A DNA stretch of 63,477 nucleotides, the filler included, from Octopus bimaculoides (Eukaryota), in assembly GCF_001194135.2 (NCBI RefSeq). It is 5 parts of 4 records of this genome, joined end to end, with 100 filler letters (N's around TTAATTAATTAA, not from the genome) between each part and the next. Parts side by side here need not be neighbours in the genome. Positions count along the whole stretch, not along the records: positions 34,912 to 57,117 come from NC_069010.1; 4 more parts are not named here. The stretch is one strand, 5' to 3'. This document shows, piece by piece, positions 37,141 to 49,733 of the stretch (its first letter is position 1; each line of letters begins with the position of its first letter). Under the pieces are notes generated by a model. It was not told the DNA's origin. It saw nothing but the letters and a program-made list of their open reading frames with translations, and ran no database searches. A program made the translations under genes and the position numbers.

Positions 37141-37750
37141 TAGAGGTCCTCAATGGTTTAACTGCCTGCTTGAAGAGCCGAAAGAGATAAATATAAAAGG
37201 GGCTTCTACTGAAGCATAATAAAAATAAAAGGCATTGGCTAAACTCGTAACGACGGCACCGGACCAGCCAACCATTCGAGGATACACTCGAAGAAGATCA
37301 GCTGCTACAAACTCAATCAGAGACCAACTTCCTTCCATAAAGTGTCAACAGAACCGAAAGAAAATAAATAAAGGCGGTGCTCCAGCGTGGCCGCAGTTCT
37401 ACCACTGAAAACATTGTAAGAAGAAAAAGAATGTTGTTGCAAAACCCGACTGTTTTTTGTTTTAACCACGTAGACATGCTTGCTACTGTCTGAGACATAA
37501 CTTCCAAAATAAATAATTTAAGATGGAATAAATTAAGGACGAGACGTTCTAAAGATGTCAGCGTATGTTTATTGAAGTCTAATGTACGACATGGCTTCTG
37601 TTAATAAGTTTACAGAACAACTCTCAGACTTTATGCTCGTCTGTCTGCACACATACATACATATATACACATACATACATATATGGATAGATATGGGTAT
37701 AGTTATACATACATACATACATACCTACATGCATACATAAATATGTATAT

Positions 37751-38135
37751 AAGACTCTGCACTATCGCACATGGCTCTAGTAACACAAGAATGGATGGTT
37801 GAAAATTTTCATGATCACATAACCCCTAACATTTGGCCTCCTAATTCCCCAGATCTCAATCCATTGGACTATTACATGTGAAGCATTGGTTGAGAGAGAG
37901 GTCAATGAACACGGCCATAACACCAAAGATTCTTTTAAAGCTGCCATAGTCCAGAGTAATGTCCAAAATGAACCAGGACCTCATGATTGGAGCATGGAGA
38001 GGATTTAGATCTCATATAGAAGGGTTATTTTTATCCTCATAGCATTTTTTGATAAATAAAGTTATTATCTGTTATAATATATCCGTTTTTTTTTATAAAC
38101 ATAAATCTGTCCTCAAATATCTTACGCGCACCCTG
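37751..38135 (+). mobile_element. DD37D (maT-type) Tc1/mariner transposase 3' remnant with right TIR
   Basis: DSALSHMALVTQEWMVENFHDHITPNIWPPNSPDLNPLDYY has 37 residues between the Asps; right end is the reverse complement of CAGGGTGCGCGTAAG. Confidence 0.87.
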
Positions 38136-38904
38136 TGTGTGTGTNNNNNNNNNNNNNNNNNNNNNNNNNNNNNNNNNNNNNNNNNNNNNNNNNNNNNNNN
38201 NNNNNNNNNNNNNNNNNNNNNNNNNNNNNNNNNNNNNNNNNNNNNNNNNNNNNNNNNNNNNNNNNNNNNNNNNNNNNNNNNNNNNNNNNNNNNNNNNNNN
38301 NNNNNNNNNNNNNNNNNNNNNNNNNNNNNNNNNTATATATATATATATATATATGCATGCACATACACGCATTCACAAATAGAATCACAGACATGTATGC
38401 ATATATGTATGTATATATGTGTATATATCTCTCATACACTCTCTATGCCTGTATATGCATATAAATACTAATGTATAAGTGTATGCATGTGTGTGTATTT
38501 ATACACATATATACACAGACACTCACACACACAGAATACATACCCCGTGTGACATGTGAATCCAACTGGCGTCGAGGCTGGCATCTTTTAACATCACAAA
38601 TGATGACATTTATGTGCGTTACTTTCTCACCTCCACTTTCAGAGAGCTTCAAACCTCTCCCCGTCTTCCACCCCCGCCCCCACTCTCTCTCTCTCTCGTT
38701 TGTTGGTCATGTGTCGGCAGTGCGCGCTCTGCTTTGCCGTCGAGTCGCACTGTACCGGAAGTAGATTGTGGGATACTGGGATATGAATGTGTTCGGTCGA
38801 GAGCAGGAATTAATTTGGGAAAAAAAAAGTAGGGTGGGAAAGAGAGATGAAGAGAGTGAAGAGGGAGAGAGAGGAGAAAGGAGAGAGGGGGAGAAAGAGA
38901 CAGA

Positions 38905-38941
<37 letters not shown>

Positions 38942-39176
38942 GGAGAGATAATGTAGGTGCTGGAGGGAAATGATGAAGGGGAGAAGATGAGGTGAGGCGT
39001 GGTGGTGGTGGTAGGAATGACAGATGGATAGATAGGAATATAGGCAGACAGAGAGATTGAAAGAGATAGACGGATGGGCAGACAGATAGACATGGAATGA
39101 TAGAGATGAATTGAGTGGTAGAATGGTGGATAAATGAATAGTCAAATACATGGGTAGATGGACAGCTTTCACTCAG

Positions 39177-39302
39177 TAACGTCGCTGCTCGAATTTGCCC
39201 ATCAGAAAAAATAGTTTCGGATTGCGAACATTTCGGGTTCCGACCGGCTTTCGAGACCGAATCAAATTCATTGATTGAAGACGATGGTTTAGGGTTATTC
39301 AG
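39177..39302 (+). CDS. Candidate internal exon, product unknown
   Basis: Acceptor ctttcactcag, donor CAG|gtatcg, 126 nt, open: NVAARICPSEKIVSDCEHFGFRPAFETESNSLIEDDGLGLF. The antisense frame is also open. Confidence 0.25.
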
Positions 39303-39372
39303 GTATCGCACCAGTTGTGCCATGAGACTGAAAGTATCTTACATTGTCTGGGTCTTCTGTTTTCATGCTGTG

Positions 39373-39700
39373 GAGGAGCAGACGTGGCTGTGTGGTAAGA
39401 AGTTTGCTTACCAACCACATTGTTCCGGGTTCAGTCCCACTGTATGACACCTTGGGACTACTGCAACCTCTCATATCCTTATGAGTGGATCTGGTAGACG
39501 GAAAGTGAAGTCCGTTATGTAGGAGTGGCTGTGTGGTAAGTAGCTTGCTTACCAACCTCATGGTTCCGGATTCAGTCCCACTGCGTGGCACCTTGGGCAA
39601 GTGTCTCACTTCTATTATAGCCTCGGGCCGACCAAAGCCTTGTGAGTGGATTTGGTAGACGGAAACTGAAAGAAGCCCGTCGTATATATATATATATATA
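39373..39700 (+). mobile_element. Two tandem SINE family A 5' halves
   Basis: Diverged copy 39373-39520 is immediately followed by a near-consensus copy 39521-39700. Confidence 0.9.
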
Positions 39701-40237
39701 TNNNNNNNNNNNNNNNNNNNNNNNNNNNNNNNNNNNNNNNNNNNNNNNNNNNNNNNNNNNNNNNNNNNNNNNNNNNNNNNNNNNNNNNNNNNNNNNNNNN
39801 NNNNNNNNNNNNNNNNNNNNNNNNNNNNNNNNNNNNNNNNNNNNNNNNNNNNNNNNNNNNNNNNNNNNNNNNNNNNNNNNNNNNNNNNNNNNNNNNNNNN
39901 NNNNNNNNNNNNNNNNNNNNNNNNNNNNNNNNNNNNNNNNNNNNNNNNNNNNNNNNNNNNNNNNNNNNNNNNNNNNNNNNNNNNNNNNNNNNNNNNNNNN
40001 NNNNNNNNNNNNNNNNNNNNNNNNNNNNNNNNNNNNNNNNNNNNNNNNNNNNNNNNNNNNNNNNNNNNNNNNNNNNNNNNNNNNNNNNNNNNNNNNNNNN
40101 NNNNNNNNNNNNNNNNNNNNNNNNNNNNNNNNNNNNNNNNNNNNNNNNNNNNNNNNNNNNNNNNNNNNNNNNNNNNNNNNNNNNNNNNNNNNNNNNNNNN
40201 NNNNNNNNNNNNNNNNNNNNNNNNNNNNNNNNNNNNN

Positions 40238-40279
<42 letters not shown>

Positions 40280-40775
40280 ATGAGGGAGAGAGAAAGAGAG
40301 AGAGAGAGAATATTTGTATATATGTTTGTATATATGTGTATATAAGAAGTTAAACACTCACACATACTTAAACTATTTTTCTCATCTTGACGTATGTATA
40401 TAAAAATGCGCGTCGTGAACACATAATACATACATACGTTCATACATGTATACATACATACATATGTATATTATATGCGTATATATTTATGTTTAACACA
40501 CATACACACACATATGTATAAATATATATGTATGCATATATTATGTATATACATGCATACACATACGCATATAAGTATATGCATAAGTGTATGTGTATAC
40601 ATACATATGTATGCATATATGTATTTATGTATATATATATGGTGTGTGTGTGTGTGTGTATAAATGTTCATATATGTATATTTATTCACATGTGTGTGTG
40701 TATTTTCATATACATATCCTTAACATACATGTACCTTTGTATGTGCGCAAAGACATTCCTGCAGCCTGTCACTAG

Positions 40776-40819
<44 letters not shown>

Positions 40820-41030
40820 NNNNNNNNNNACACGAGCTTGTTTATATATCGTGTGTATGTCAGTGGTCGCTATAAAAATGCCACGTTTTAACCATGTTTA
40901 CACTTCAGAGATCTTTGTAGTCTTCTTCCTCCTTGTAGATTATTACTTATATACCCAATACAATCGCATGACTGTATATCACGTGGAGAGATTTGATGTT
41001 CCCTATATAGATCCGGCGTAACTATATATA

Positions 41031-41185
41031 GGCGCAGGCGTGGCCGTATGGTAAAAAGCTTGCTGCCCAACTACTTAGTTCCGGGTTCAGTCTCGCTGTA
41101 TGGCACGTTAGGCAAGTGTCTTCTACTACAGCCCCGGGGCGACCATAGGCTTGTGGACGGAAACCGAAAGAAGCCTATCATCTAT
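41031..41185 (+). mobile_element. SINE family A, 5' half (diverged)
   Basis: ggcgcaggcgtggccgtatggtaaaaagcttgc...ggcaagtgtcttctacta. Confidence 0.85.
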
Positions 41186-41305
41186 CTATGTATGTATCTA
41201 TCTATCTACATACATATATCTGTGTGTGGGTGTGTCTGTGAAAGATAAAAGAAATAACAAAAGAAACTACAGAATTGAGTAATCACCAAAGTACAACAAT
41301 TTTAG

Positions 41306-41486
41306 CTGGAGTTGAAGACTCTGGAGAAGCTGCAGAGGGAAGCCCAGGAAGAGGAACAACAACCAGTAGTAAAGGTGCAAGACTTTCCGAGTAGGAGGGT
41401 GATCACCGTACGTGGAGTAGAAGGACATAGGAGACGACGGAGACAAAAGTCAAGGAAATGTATAGGTTTCGTTTACAACCCTTTTT
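41306..41486 (+). CDS. Candidate exon, product unknown
   Basis: aattttag acceptor, gtaagt donor at 41487, open frame LELKTLEKLQREAQEEEQQPVVKVQDFPSRR... Confidence 0.22.
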
Positions 41487-43033
41487 GTAAGTAACCAAAC
41501 ATTCATACCAACCACAACACCGCCACCATCACCACCACCACTACCACCACTACCACCACCACCAAACTCATCACCACCACCATGAATACCACTAGTATCA
41601 ATACCGCCATCTCCACCAGGACCACCTCCATCAAACAACGCTGTTATACACTGCCATACTCAAACACTTCGACGCCACCATACAATCGCAACACCACAGT
41701 ACAACAGCTGTACTATTCAACGCTTCCATACGCACTTGATAAGACAACGGTCATAGGACTACACCATCACGAGCCATTTCCTACACCAGCGCCACCAACA
41801 CCAAAGCCCCCCCCCCTTAGGGGACGTCTAAGTAGAGGTTTTTTTCAAGAAATATTCTAAGTATGAAAATTAATGACGGACCTTTGGAATGAAGTCTCAG
41901 CAATGAACTTACCTGACTTGCTTCACGGCTGAATGGCTTTAAACACACACACACACACACCTATATGTGTGTATATATATACATACACACACGTATATTG
42001 GTGTGTGTATATATATACATATGTATCATAATCTATATCTATCTATGCATGTATTATGTATTTCTACATATATATATATATATATANNNNNNNNNNNNNN
42101 NNNNNNNNNNNNNNNNNNNNNNNNNNNNNNNNNNNNNNNNNNNNNNNNNNNNNNNNNNNNNNNNNNNNNNNNNNNNNNNNNNNNNNNNNNNNNNNNNNNN
42201 NNNNNNNNNNNNNNNNNNNNNNNNNNNNNNNNNNNNNNNNNNNNNNNNNNNNNNNNNNNNNNNNNNNNNNNNNNNNNNNNNNNNNNNNNNNNNNNNNNNN
42301 NNNNNNNNNNNNNNNNNNNNNNNNNNNNNNNNNNNNNNNNNNNNNNNNNNNNNNNNNNNNNNNNNNNNNNNNNNNNNNNNNNNNNNNNNNNNNNNNNNNN
42401 NNNNNNNNNNNNNNNNNNNNNNNNNNNNNNNNNNNNNNNNNNNNNNNNNNNNNNNNNNNNNNNNNNNNNNNNNNNNNNNNNNNNNNNNNNNNNNNNNNNN
42501 NNNNNNNNNNNNNNNNNNNNNNNNNNNNNNNNNNNNNNNNNNNNNNNNNNNNNNNNNNNNNNNNNNNNNNNNNNNNNNNNNNNNNNNNNNNNNNNNNNNN
42601 NNNNNNNNNNNNNNNNNNNNNNNNNNNNNNNNNNNNNNNNNNNNNNNNNNNNNNNNNNNNNNNNNNNNNNNNNNNNNNNNNNNNNNNNNNNNNNNNNNNN
42701 NNNNNNNNNNNNNNNNNNNNNNNNNNNNNNNNNNNNNNNNNNNNNNNNNNNNNNNNNNNNNNNNNNNNNNNNNNNNNNNNNNNNNNNNNNNNNNNNNNNN
42801 NNNNNNNNNNNNNNNNNNNNNNNNNNNNNNNNNNNNNNNNNNNNNNNNNNNNNNNNNNNNNNNNNNNNNNNNNNNNNNNNNNNNNNNNNNNNNNNNNNNN
42901 NNNNNNNNNNNNNNNNNNNNNNNNNNNNNNNNNNNNNNNNNNNNNNNNNNNNNNNNNNNNNNNNNNNNNNNNNNNNNNNNNNNNNNNNNNNNNNNNNNNN
43001 NNNNNNNNNNNNNNNNNNNNNNNNNNNNNNNNN

Positions 43034-43088
<55 letters not shown>

Positions 43089-43206
43089 AGTATATATATA
43101 TGGTAGTTCTCGTAGGTTAAGCTTTTACCATAATCCCCTTTCATATATTCTATGAGTTCGCGTTTCTCTCTCTCACTCCCTCCTCTCTCATATATATGAG
43201 ACCAGA

Positions 43207-43249
<43 letters not shown>

Positions 43250-43286
43250 TTCTGGTCTGAACTGCTGGAGATGTTGGTGTTCTACG

Positions 43287-44433
43287 CTAAGTCATCCCAT
43301 AAGTTTTGTCCGATTTTACCTTTTTTAAAATTGAATGAAATTTAATAGTATTTTAGAATGTCAAATGGAATTAAAAATTATCTTTATGCATTTGTGTACA
43401 TTTAAACTAATTAAATATTATTTTACAGAATAATAGAATTAAAATTTCATTGAATGAAAACCTTTTCTAACATGGAAGTATCCAAAGAGCATTTAAGGCA
43501 CATAATGCTTNNNNNNNNNNNNNNNNNNNNNNNNNNNNNNNNNNNNNNNNNNNNNNNNNNNNNNNNNNNNNNNNNNNNNNNNNNNNNNNNNNNNNNNNNN
43601 NNNNNNNNNNNNNNNNNNNNNNNNNNNNNNNNNNNNNNNNNNNNNNNNNNNNNNNNNNNNNNNNNNNNNNNNNNNNNNNNNNNNNNNNNNNNNNNNNNNN
43701 NNNNNNNNNNNNNNNNNNNNNNNNNNNNNCGCAAATCCCGAGTTGACATCTGCTCTTCTTTCCATTCTCGCGAACTCATTTCACCCTTTTTGGATTGACT
43801 TGTGACTGGTGACGAAAACTGGATCTTCTATCGAAATGTTAAACGTCGTAAACAGTGGCTTGGTAAAAGAGAAAAGCTCAACCACAACCGAGAAGGGAAC
43901 TTCATGGGGAAAAGGCTCTTCTCTCCATCTGGCGGGATTCCAAAAGAGTAATTCACTTTGAATTGTTACCACCTTACTGTCAGCAATTGGAGTGTTTGAA
44001 CCAAGCTTTGAAGAAAAAAGACCCGCTTTAGTGAATCGAAAAGGAGTGATGTTTCATCAAGAGAATGCACGACCCCACACTGCAAAGATCACATGACAGA
44101 AAATCGAAGAGCTTGGTTGGGAAAAAATTCCTCATCCACCTTATTCTCCCGACCTTGTTCATTCAGACTTCCATTTGTTTCGTAGTTTACAGAATCATTT
44201 GGGGGACATAACTTTCACAAGCCAGAAGGAGGTCAAAACTGACATTTCAGAGTTCTTCACTTTGAAACCAAAAGAGTTTTACATTGATGGGATTTAAAAA
44301 GCTTGTAAATAGATGGAAGGAAGTCATGGATAATCAGGGAAAGTACATTGATGATTAAATTTCAATTAAATATAACATTTGATCACTTGTTTTCTTTATT
44401 CAAAATTCGAACAGAACTTATGGGATGACATGA
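43287..44433 (+). mobile_element. Near full-length mariner (DD34D) element, transposase pseudogene, both TIRs
   Basis: TIRs gtcatcccataagttttgtccg (43291-312) and cgaacagaacttatgggatgac (44408-429); MEVSKEHLRHIML at 43472; VTGDENW, HQENARPH, HPPYSPDLVHSDF (34 spacing); stop at 44356-58; internal stops and frameshifts. Confidence 0.95.
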
Positions 44434-44505
44434 TATATATATATACACACACATATACATCCATTCATGTAAACTCATCCACGCTTATATGTGTATGTGT
44501 ATATG

Positions 44506-44570
<65 letters not shown>

Positions 44571-44817
44571 GCCTGCCTGTCTGTCTGTCTGCTCTGTTTC
44601 TTATGCATATACACATATATGCATATAAATATGTGTGTGCACGTTTGTGTGTTTGCATGGTTAGATTAGTGTATGAAAATATTTAAAAATAAATCGCGCG
44701 AATGATATTTGAAGAGTATTTGCAGTATCTAAACCAATTCAGCTCAATAAAAGAATTCGCCATCATCATCATCGTCATCATCGTCATCACCACCATCGTC
44801 GTCGTCTTAATAATAAC

Positions 44818-44874
<57 letters not shown>

Positions 44875-44938
44875 GATGACAATTATATTATTATTATAAC
44901 TTTTGTCATTATCATCTAATCATTGTCATCGCCGTCAA

Positions 44939-44970
<32 letters not shown>

Positions 44971-45939
44971 GTTGTAGTATTTCATCTCTCTCTCTCTCTC
45001 TCTCTCTCCCTCTCTCTCTCTCTCTCTCCCCCTGTGTTTTTCTTTCAAATATTTATTCCCAAACAGTTTCCCCCTTATTCACCAATGAATAATGTATAAC
45101 AATTCATTTGTTTTCGCCGAACTCCTGCGGCCCCAATAAAATATTCAACGCCCATTATGAACGGCAGCAGANNNNNNNNNNNNNNNNNNNNNNNNNNNNN
45201 NNNNNNNNNNNNNNNNNNNNNNNNNNNNNNNNNNNNNNNNNNNNNNNNNNNNNNNNNNNNNNNNNNNNNNNNNNNNNNNNNNNNNNNNNNNNNNNNNNNN
45301 NNNNNNNNNNNNNNNNNNNNNNNNNNNNNNNNNNNNNNNNNNNNNNNNNNNNNNNNNNNNNNNNNNNNNNNNNNNNNNNNNNNNNNNNNNNNNNNNNNNN
45401 NNNNNNNNNNNNNNNNNNNNNNNNNNNNNNNNNNNNNNNNNNNNNNNNNNNNNNNNNNNNNNNNNNNNNNNNNNNNNNNNNNNNNNNNNNNNNNNNNNNN
45501 NNNNNNNNNNNNNNNNNNNNNNNNNNNNNNNNNNNNNNNNNNNNNNNNNNNNNNNNNNNNNNNNNNNNNNNNNNNNNNNNNNNNNNNNNNNNNNNNNNNN
45601 NNNNNNNNNNNNNNNNNNNNNNNNNNNNNNNNNNNNNNNNNNNNNNNNNNNNNNNNNNNNNNNNNNNNNNNNNNNNNNNNNNNNNNNNNNNNNNNNNNNN
45701 NNNNNNNNNNNNNNNNNNNNNNNNNNNNNNNNNNNNNNNNNNNNNNNNNNNNNNNNNNNNNNNNNNNNNNNNNNNNNNNNNNNNNNNNNNNNNNNNNNNN
45801 NNNNNNNNNNNNNNNNNNNNNNNNNNNNNNNNNNNNNNNNNNNNNNNNNNNNNNNNNNNNNNNNNNNNNNNNNNNNNNNNNNNNNNNNNCACACACACAC
45901 ACACACATATATGATTATAGTAAAATAAATCGTACTTAC

Positions 45940-46014
45940 CCTGAGAGCGCCACTGTGAATGAGCCCCTTCAAGACCAGTCTTGGACAGAGTTTGCAAAGT
46001 GCCGGGTAAATATC
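45940..46014 (-). CDS. Candidate 75-nt exon, product unknown
   Basis: Strong donor CAGG|gtaagt, weak acceptor caaccag; two of three frames are open. Confidence 0.3.
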
Positions 46015-46377
46015 CTGGTTGTTGGTAATTGTAGTGGTGGTGGTGGTGGTGGTGGTAGTAGTGTTAGTTGCAGTCGTGGAAAAAGAGGAGGGTTGTGGAG
46101 AGCGAGAAGGGAAGAAAAGAAGAGAAACGCAATGGAATTAGTGGACGAAGGAAAGTGGATGAGTATACGATAGTGATGATGATGATGGTTATAATGGTGA
46201 CGACGACGAAGTTGATCATAATGATGACGATGACGGACGACGATGATGAGTGATAATGATGAAGATGCTGATGACAATGATGACGATGGTGGTGATGGTG
46301 ATGGTAATAATGGGGATAAGAATGGTGCTGCTGCCGTCGCTGTTGCTAATGATGATGATGATGATGATGATGATGAA

Positions 46378-46421
<44 letters not shown>

Positions 46422-46817
46422 CGATGATGATGATGATGATGATGTGCGTGTGTGTAAAAAGCCGAAAGCCGTCACTCACAAGCGNNNNNNNNNNNNNNNN
46501 NNNNNNNNNNNNNNNNNNNNNNNNNNNNNNNNNNNNNNNNNNNNNNNNNNNNNNNNNNNNNNNNNNNNNNNNNNNNNNNNNNNNNNNNNNNNNNNNNNNN
46601 NNNNNNNNNNNNNNNNNNNNNNNNNNNNNNNNNNNNNNNNNNNNNNNNNNNNNNNNNNNNNNNNNNNNNNNNNNNNNNNNNNNNNNNNNNNNNNNNNNNN
46701 NNNNNNNNNNNNNNNNNNNNNNNNNNNNNNNNNNNNNTGTGAAGTGCCATCGTCTCGTTAGTCTCGTTCGTTATCGTACTTAATTCACAGCGTTCCTCTG
46801 TGTGCCATGCCACTTAC

Positions 46818-46871
46818 CTTGGGAGACTGGTGCCGCCTGTGAGGTCCACGGTGATTTCGAAAAGGATGGAT
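46818..46871 (-). CDS. Candidate 54-nt exon, product unknown
   Basis: Textbook acceptor tctccctctcttttcctccatag and donor AAG|gtaagt; all three frames are open. Confidence 0.45.
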
Positions 46872-47286
46872 CTATGGAGGAAAAGAGAGGGAGACACATT
46901 GAGAGAATTAAAGGCAGAGAGGGAAGGAGATATATATGTAAATAAATAAATAAACACACACACATAAAGGTAAAGTGCAAGGATCAAGGTGTAGGAAGCG
47001 AGGAAGCATCAAGCAGTCCATAGCAGAAGGTATAAAAAACAACCTTTTGGAACAATGGCGGTTTTATTGACGCAGAAGGTTGTAAAGTTTTTCCATATCA
47101 AAGTTTGATGAGCTGAAACAAGTTATTTTATAGTTTACGGTTAGCAACCGGGGTTGCTGTGTATACGGATTGAAACCTAAAATTACGGAATGGAATAGAA
47201 TCTCCCACGCTCTTCGACAGAAAGGATTAAGAGGGGAAAAAAAACGATGAGAGATAAAATGTGTAGATTTCATATACATATATATA

Positions 47287-47567
47287 GGAGCACTCCGTCG
47301 GTTACGACGAGGGTCAACGGAACAGTTTGCTCGTGGCTGAGCACTCCACAGACACGTGTACCCTTAACGTAGTTCTCAGGGATATTCAACGTAAGACATA
47401 GTGTGACAAGGCTGGTCCTGTTTGAAATACAGGTACAACTCATTTTTGCCAGCTGAGTGGACTGGAGCGATGTGAAATAAAGTGTCTTGTTCAAGGATAC
47501 AACGCATCGCCAGGAATTGAACTCACGACCTTACGATCGTAATGCCCTAACCACTAAGCCACGCGCC

Positions 47568-47568
<1 letters not shown>
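47287..47568 (-). mobile_element. SINE family E with tail T1
   Basis: Minus-strand head aggcgcgtggcttagtggttagggcatt...gagttcaattcc, then gtatccttgaacaagacacttta, then a tail shared with family D. Confidence 0.9.
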
Positions 47569-47623
<55 letters not shown>

Positions 47624-47636
47624 TACATACATAAAA

Positions 47637-47810
47637 GAGGGGTACTGAAAAGTTCCTGGTTTTAAGGGAGTCACGAAAGGCCTGGTTAGAAACCCAACCT
47701 TCGAAGTTCTTTTGCAGGGTTTAGATAGACTGAAGGACGACTGCAAAATGTGTGTGTGTATGTTTAATAAAATCATAATTAACTGATCGTCCCGTATTTG
47801 CTTTTGCTCG
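47637..47810 (+). mobile_element. Mariner-derived MITE, truncated
   Basis: Starts gaggggtactgaaaagttcc (mariner TIR-like); GLDRLKDDCKMCV resembles a transposase C-terminus. Confidence 0.5.
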
Positions 47811-47981
47811 CCTTCACATAAAACCCCCGGTATAGCTAATCCAGCATTCTGGAAGATGCTGGCTGAGGTTATTGCATGCGTATTTATACTAACGAGGTGG
47901 GGCTCCATCTTGCTGTATAATGAAGTCAGGGACGTCTTCTTCCAACTGGGGCAACAACCAAATGGACAATATATCGAGATA

Positions 47982-48886
47982 CGAGTGGTGTCAAAAAGTT
48001 CCCGGACTAGTTCTGTAGCGCGCCAACAGATGGCAGCACAGTGAGGGCTAGCAGTGACCTTCATGAGGCAGTGTGCCGAGTGACTTTGCTGTGTTTATTT
48101 TGCAAGTTGTGAAATTTTTGTTTTTGTGATCACTTGTTTGCTCTAGTCTTCGATTTTGTCATGGACAAGAAAAAAGAGACAACGCGAAATTTTGTATTAA
48201 ACTTGGGAAGTCTTCTATGGAGACATTGAGCATGCTTCGGCAAGGTTACGGCGACGTGGCCAATGCGCCATACGCAATGTTTTGAGTGGCAAGAGCGCTT
48301 CAAAAGCGGAAGAATGTCCCTGGAAGATGATGAACAATCTGGAAGACCCGCCACGAGTGTTACCCTGGGAATGTGGAATTGTGCATCGAGAATTCGATCC
48401 CTCGGAACCAGACCGTCAATCGAAAGTTCTAGTGTGACGTTTTGAAACATTGTAGGGAGGACATTCGATGAAAGCGACCGGATCCGTGGGGCGCCAAGAA
48501 CTGGATTCTTCACGACTACAACACACCCTGTCACCGAGCTCTTATCACATGTGAGTTTCTCATCAAAACCAACAGGGTATCACTTCCGCACCCGCCCTGT
48601 TCATCAGATTTAGCACCTGAGGACTTCCATATTTTCCCCCCGAGATGAAAATGTAGCTCAAAGGTCGCCATTTTAACACATTGAGCGAATCGCAGAAGGT
48701 GCTCGATTCGCTTACGGAAAACGAAAACTTTCAGGCCGGATTCCAAAAGTGGCAGGAAAGCCGGGACCTGTGGGATTGCTGCGCAAGGGGACTATTTCAA
48801 GGGAGATGATGATAAAACTTAGGTAAATAAGTTTTTTTTTTTTTTATTAAACATAAATACTTTGAGAATCTTTTGATACCACTTCG
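47982..48886 (+). mobile_element. Internally deleted mariner (irritans-like) with both TIRs and TA target duplication
   Basis: TA-cgagtggtgtcaaaaagttccc ... gagaatcttttgataccacttcg-TA; HTH region QCFEWQERFKSGRMSLEDDEQSGRP is fused to GIVHREF; HDYNTPCH...HPPCSSDLAPEDF (34 spacing). Confidence 0.93.
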
Positions 48887-49388
48887 TAGGTGAATCCTGT
48901 AATTGTGGACCAACCCTTTAGAATATATGCGTGTGTGTGTGTGTGTGTTTGTGTGTGTGTATGCATGTATGTATGTGTTTAATATCTTGCCAAAATATCT
49001 GAGGGATCTTGATGGGGTAGGGGGTGGATGTTTTCAAGAAACACCTTGACGTCCTGCTCCCCTAAGCTCCAGATGAACCACAACATTTGGGTTCAAACGC
49101 ATCAAAGAATATATATATACAAGGATGGTAATCACACACACCGCCATTACTACCGCCGCCACCATCGTCAACAACCAATATAACAACAACAATAACAACG
49201 GTAACACCATCACCACCAACACTACCACCACCACAACTACCACCACAACCACTACTACAACCATCACCATTGTCACAATCACCTCCATTAACAACAACAA
49301 CAATAACAACATGCTCCTACCTTTGTCGCATGCCACCATGTTTGTCCTTCTCCTCCTCCTCCTCCTCCTCCTCTTGCTGGTCGTCCAG

Positions 49389-49664
49389 ATCGGTAAGCCC
49401 CCGTGGCACCCTCCTAGCGATGATACGAACGAAGGCCGCGGCACAGATTTGCTTGTCATACCGAACACCGGAGTGCCGCCGCCGCCGCCGCCGCCGCAAC
49501 AGCAGCAACAGCAGCGGCACAACAAGAACGGGTTCGATCCTGCCAAAGTACAGTTCGACGACCTCAGTTGTACAAACACGGGTCGCATCACGTGTGTGTG
49601 GACTTCCGGTGCAGAAATGGCGGGAGTTAGTTCCACGCCGTCAACAAACCTTGTGTCCATTTAA
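49389..49664 (+). CDS. Candidate terminal exon with polyP/polyQ, product unknown
   Basis: CpG/GC-rich unique island after a pyrimidine tract and cag; IGKPPWHPPSDD...PPPPPPPQQQQQQRHNKNGFDPAKVQFDDLSC...SI*. Other frames are also open, so strand and frame are uncertain. Confidence 0.3.
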   Translation: MGKPPWHPPSDDTNEGRGTDLLVIPNTGVPPPPPPPQQQQQQRHNKNGFDPAKVQFDDLSCTNTGRITCVWTSGAEMAGVSSTPSTNLVSI

Positions 49665-49695
49665 CAGCAGTAGCAGCAGTAACAACAACAACAAC

Positions 49696-49733
<38 letters not shown>

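Noticed and set aside
46000-46060. VNILVVGNCSGGGG as a GTPase P-loop for the Rho gene
   Set aside because: It lacks GxxxxGK(S/T), the Gly run is a GGT microsatellite, and it lies downstream of the Rho exon on a different concatenated piece.
47101-47124. TTGATGA-gct-GAAAC
   Set aside because: No stem II is possible; chance match.
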